In this document: positions 60,901 through 64,000 of the stretch, in pieces
Numbering within the stretch: position 1 is the first letter of the stretch
Layout: every line of letters starts with the position of its first letter
The notes under the pieces: generated by a model
What the model was told of the DNA's origin: nothing
What the model saw: only the letters and a program-made list of their open reading frames with translations
Databases searched by the model: none
Origin: Tricharina praecox
Taxonomy: Eukaryota
Reading direction: 5' to 3'
Length of the DNA stretch: 64,000 bases
Assembly: GCF_024521635.1 (NCBI RefSeq)
Contig: NW_026250425.1
Coordinates: 1 to 64,000 of the forward strand
Translations under genes and position numbers: made by a program

Positions 60901-61223
60901 GGGTCCCGCTCCTTCAGTGCACACCTGACAACGCCAAGCAGCCTCTGCTTTCGCGCACCTCAGTACCCACTTGGCTCTTTTCCTTATCTATCTCACTATC
61001 TAATCTAATCTCGCGTGATCTTCCCCACCCTGCCGACACAACAATCGCCTTGCCAATTCCCATTCACCTTATTCTGCACCCAACTCATTAAAAGAGAAAA
61101 AATTATGGTGAGCTTCAGACGGAATCTAACGAAAAAGGTCGTGTGATAAAAAATGATACTAGGTAATAACTCCATCTCTCCCAAACAGTGAAACCCCCAA
61201 CACGAATCCCATCCATTTGCCTC

Positions 61224-63541
61224 TCATGATATATTTGGCAGTGATTCAGCCCAATTCACCGTGTCGTAGACACCGTTGGACTGTCCCCTCAGGGCGATGA
61301 ACGACTCGATGAACAGAAAGAGCCTGGAAAAAATAACGATGATGAACCCGACAAAGAATGTTGTCCCGACGATGAGCTTGTAGATCCTCCGACACAGTCG
61401 ATTGCTTCTTACACCCAACTTCGCCGCACCAGGGGAGGACTTTCCTGGCGGCACGTGAATGGTTGTGATGATTTCCGAGAGGACGTTCTTTTCGACGTCG
61501 GTGCCGCCAACTTCCGACTGTTGCGTACCGGTCTTAGAGTCGTTTAGCTCCGTACTCTCGGTGAAATCGATGTGCTGTATCAAGGTGCCGATGCACAGCT
61601 GCAATATGAATCCCAAAACCGCAAAAGCCGTGACAATGGAGCACGCCTTCCACGCGTACTCCTCGAACAGGGTCTCGAAGTGGTTGTTCCACGTTGCCAG
61701 ATGCACACCGCCATAGGTCAGTCCCACGGTGGATAGGAAGGCGCCCTCCCACACGATGTTGGATCGGCCCTTGATGATCCGGTCAAATGCCTCCCCGAGG
61801 CTCCTGAGGTTTGTGAGAACATTCTTCTCTTTCGAGAGTTGCTGGTACATGAGCTTTCCAAGCCCGGCACGTGACGTCACGTATTTTTTGTCCGGCTCTC
61901 CGTCGCTCTTGAACCGTGGATCGGGCGAGTGAAGCTTTCCATTCGAGAAAGGATTGGTGGCGTTTGGTTCTTCTTTGGCGTTGACTAGTTCATCGAATTG
62001 GTGCTTTTTGAGGAATATTTCTGTCGGGAGGTCGATATCGATTGGCTTGTCCCACCACTGCCGTCGGGTGTGTCAGTTGCATGATACTTCAAGTATGGTG
62101 AGTCCGACCCACGTTCGTACGAAGAAACATACCGTGATGTACATCGTTCCAGCGCACATGGCGCGCAAGACGGTGTGGAGTTCGAGCAAGGCGACGGACT
62201 GGTTCGCTGACGCCCGTCCACACACCTGGAGTATCATCCATCCAGCTTGGAAGCACACCAAGACTTTTGCCAGAGTATTGGCCTGGGACTTGTCCTTCAC
62301 AAACTCTGGGGCGACAAAGGGGAGCCATCCTCTCCTTGCCATCCAGAGTACGCCGTGAGGGGTGAGCGTCGCCGCGGACTGGTAAGTTTTCGCATCCTGA
62401 ATGTACCATGGGCATTTCTTTTTGCTGCCGCCCCTTATACTCGACAGCAATCCGATCTGACATTTGCAGCTCTGGCTGTCGCTGGACTCGCGGTTATTCC
62501 GACACCGGAACGCCGTTGGAGTACACGTGGAATCCGTACTCGCCAATTTAGACGACTCCTTCGTCATGGTTCCGTGCAAAGGCTCGTTCTCGGTCCGTGC
62601 ATCTTCCTGTTGTCCTTCTTGCGCAGCCGCTGTCCCTTTCGCATGGGGATGTTCTGGATCGTGGTCGTAGATGACCCTGAACCCTCCCATAACAGCGTAG
62701 TACGAGAGTGTTAAACAGTCCCAAGGGTGGGGTTCGTATTTCTTTCCGGGCTCGTTGGTCTTCTTCACAGCAGAGGCGGTCCGCTGTACGACGTTGCCCT
62801 TCTGTTCACTATTGTTGGCCTCCTGCTGGACGTCGGTCTCGGGCACTATGTCACTGCCACACTTCCCTTTTTCTTCGCCATCGGTCGCCTGTAGTAGGTC
62901 GTCCACGGTCGTCTGTACGCCGATATCTTTCCGTTTTTCGTCGCCATCGGTCGTCTGTATGCCGATGTCCGTCCGTATTTCCGCCTTATTTTTGTCCTCG
63001 ATGATCTTCCACATCTCAGTGCGAAGCAGCCTCGCCGTACATCTCTCGTAGGCAGCGATCGTCATCGTGATCTCCGGCACCATAAGACTGGAAATGCTCC
63101 ATCCAATTTTCCTGACCGACCGGATGGTCGAGATATAATCGATCCTTGCGATGATTCCGGGATTCTCGCTGAGTTCGACAACCGGCTCGATATTGACCGC
63201 GACGGTAGTCCCTTTCGGAGTTAGCCGTGCGATCGGTCGCCAGGATCGGTGGATTGTGGGTAGTACTCACAGACGCATAAGAACAATGTCATGATGCAGC
63301 TCATGAGGATCCCCATGGTACCGCGTCGATCGGGGCTCGGTACATATCCTATGATCCCGACATTGCTCGGCTCAGACCCCCAGGCGGCGGCGGTTCGAGT
63401 TGGCTGTACTGTGACTGTAGCAACCGTTACAGTAGTGGCGAAATCTTCTCCCTGTTGTGTCAAAGGCACGCCGTATGCAAGGATGGCATATGATGCGAGG
63501 AGGAGCAGCGGCATGTGAAGATGGTTGCAAGTAGCCATCAT
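61224..63541 (-). CDS. Uncharacterised multi-pass membrane protein, paralogue 3, ~727 aa
   Basis: Exons 63541-63271, 63211-62133, 62057-61224 with canonical introns at the same two positions as paralogues 1 and 2. Motifs: RGTMGILMSC, YYAVMGGF, TLTPHG, DKSQANTLAKVLVCFQAGW, WWDKPIDI, YGGVHLATWN, SRLFLFIESFIALR. Confidence 0.9.
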
Positions 63542-64000
63542 GAAGAGCTGAAAGCTGTTCCCGTGGAGTTTAGTTTGAGTGAGGGCCGCTGAACAATAAT
63601 GGAGCTTGAGATGTGCTCAGTTTTCGATAGATAATGAAGCGTGGCGAAGTGAGTCTGGGAATGTACTACATGATATACGATCCGATGAGGTGGTGGCTGC
63701 AAGACAACTTGGACAGTACTGGTCGTGCTGATGCAGAGGAACTCTCTCCCGAGCTCGTTTCCGGAACTGAGTTCGAAGACACCTGACAGACTGACTGTCG
63801 GCCAGTTGGCAAGTGAACAAAAGCACCGCCATGAACTTCGCTGGCTTCAGCATGTCTTTCATAGGGCACATTAGTATCGTACGTTTGAGAAACCATGTAC
63901 TTCTGGTAAGTTTTCGCTATCACTCGGCCATATATGATGCATAACCAGCTGCTTGAATGAATCGCAGTAGTCTACCGGTAGTTTGGCTGCATGCGAATAG

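Noticed and set aside
32225..61223. All three paralogues end in TGA-G followed by 62, 41 and 72 in-frame stop-free codons, suggesting readthrough or A-to-I stop-loss editing
   Set aside because: The extensions show little protein-level conservation beyond shared UTR ancestry. The T-rich UTRs are naturally stop-poor (the unrelated PTH11-like gene also has over 50 open codons after its stop). The context is not the TGA-CTA readthrough motif.

Overview
Eukaryotic, intron-containing DNA from a filamentous ascomycete fungus. Evidence: 53-251 nt GT-AG introns with CTRAY-type branch sites and long intergenic regions; a Pezizomycetes affinity is plausible but only an impression. I reconstruct 13 protein-coding genes by hand, most encoding membrane or secreted proteins: a MARVEL-like protein cut by the window edge, a CSC1/OSCA/TMEM63 channel, a degenerate FAD-monooxygenase-like protein, a small membrane protein, a PTH11-like (fungal rhodopsin domain) receptor, an AA7/BBE-like oxidase, two uncharacterised membrane proteins, a double-FAS1 secreted protein, a disordered protein with a Myb-like island, and three paralogues of an uncharacterised ~700-aa multi-pass membrane family. 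The most notable structure is that family. It has three copies with identical intron positions plus a fourth decayed fragment. One copy has a +1 frameshift in a (GC-A7)3 slippery repeat, one has acquired tandem LC8-like QT motifs, and one sits between copies of a ~635-bp TA-flanked non-autonomous DNA transposon. An 86-bp TA-flanked foldback element, minisatellites and poly-G tracts are also present. I found no tRNA, rRNA, CRISPR array or transposase. All calls are by eye, without database searches.
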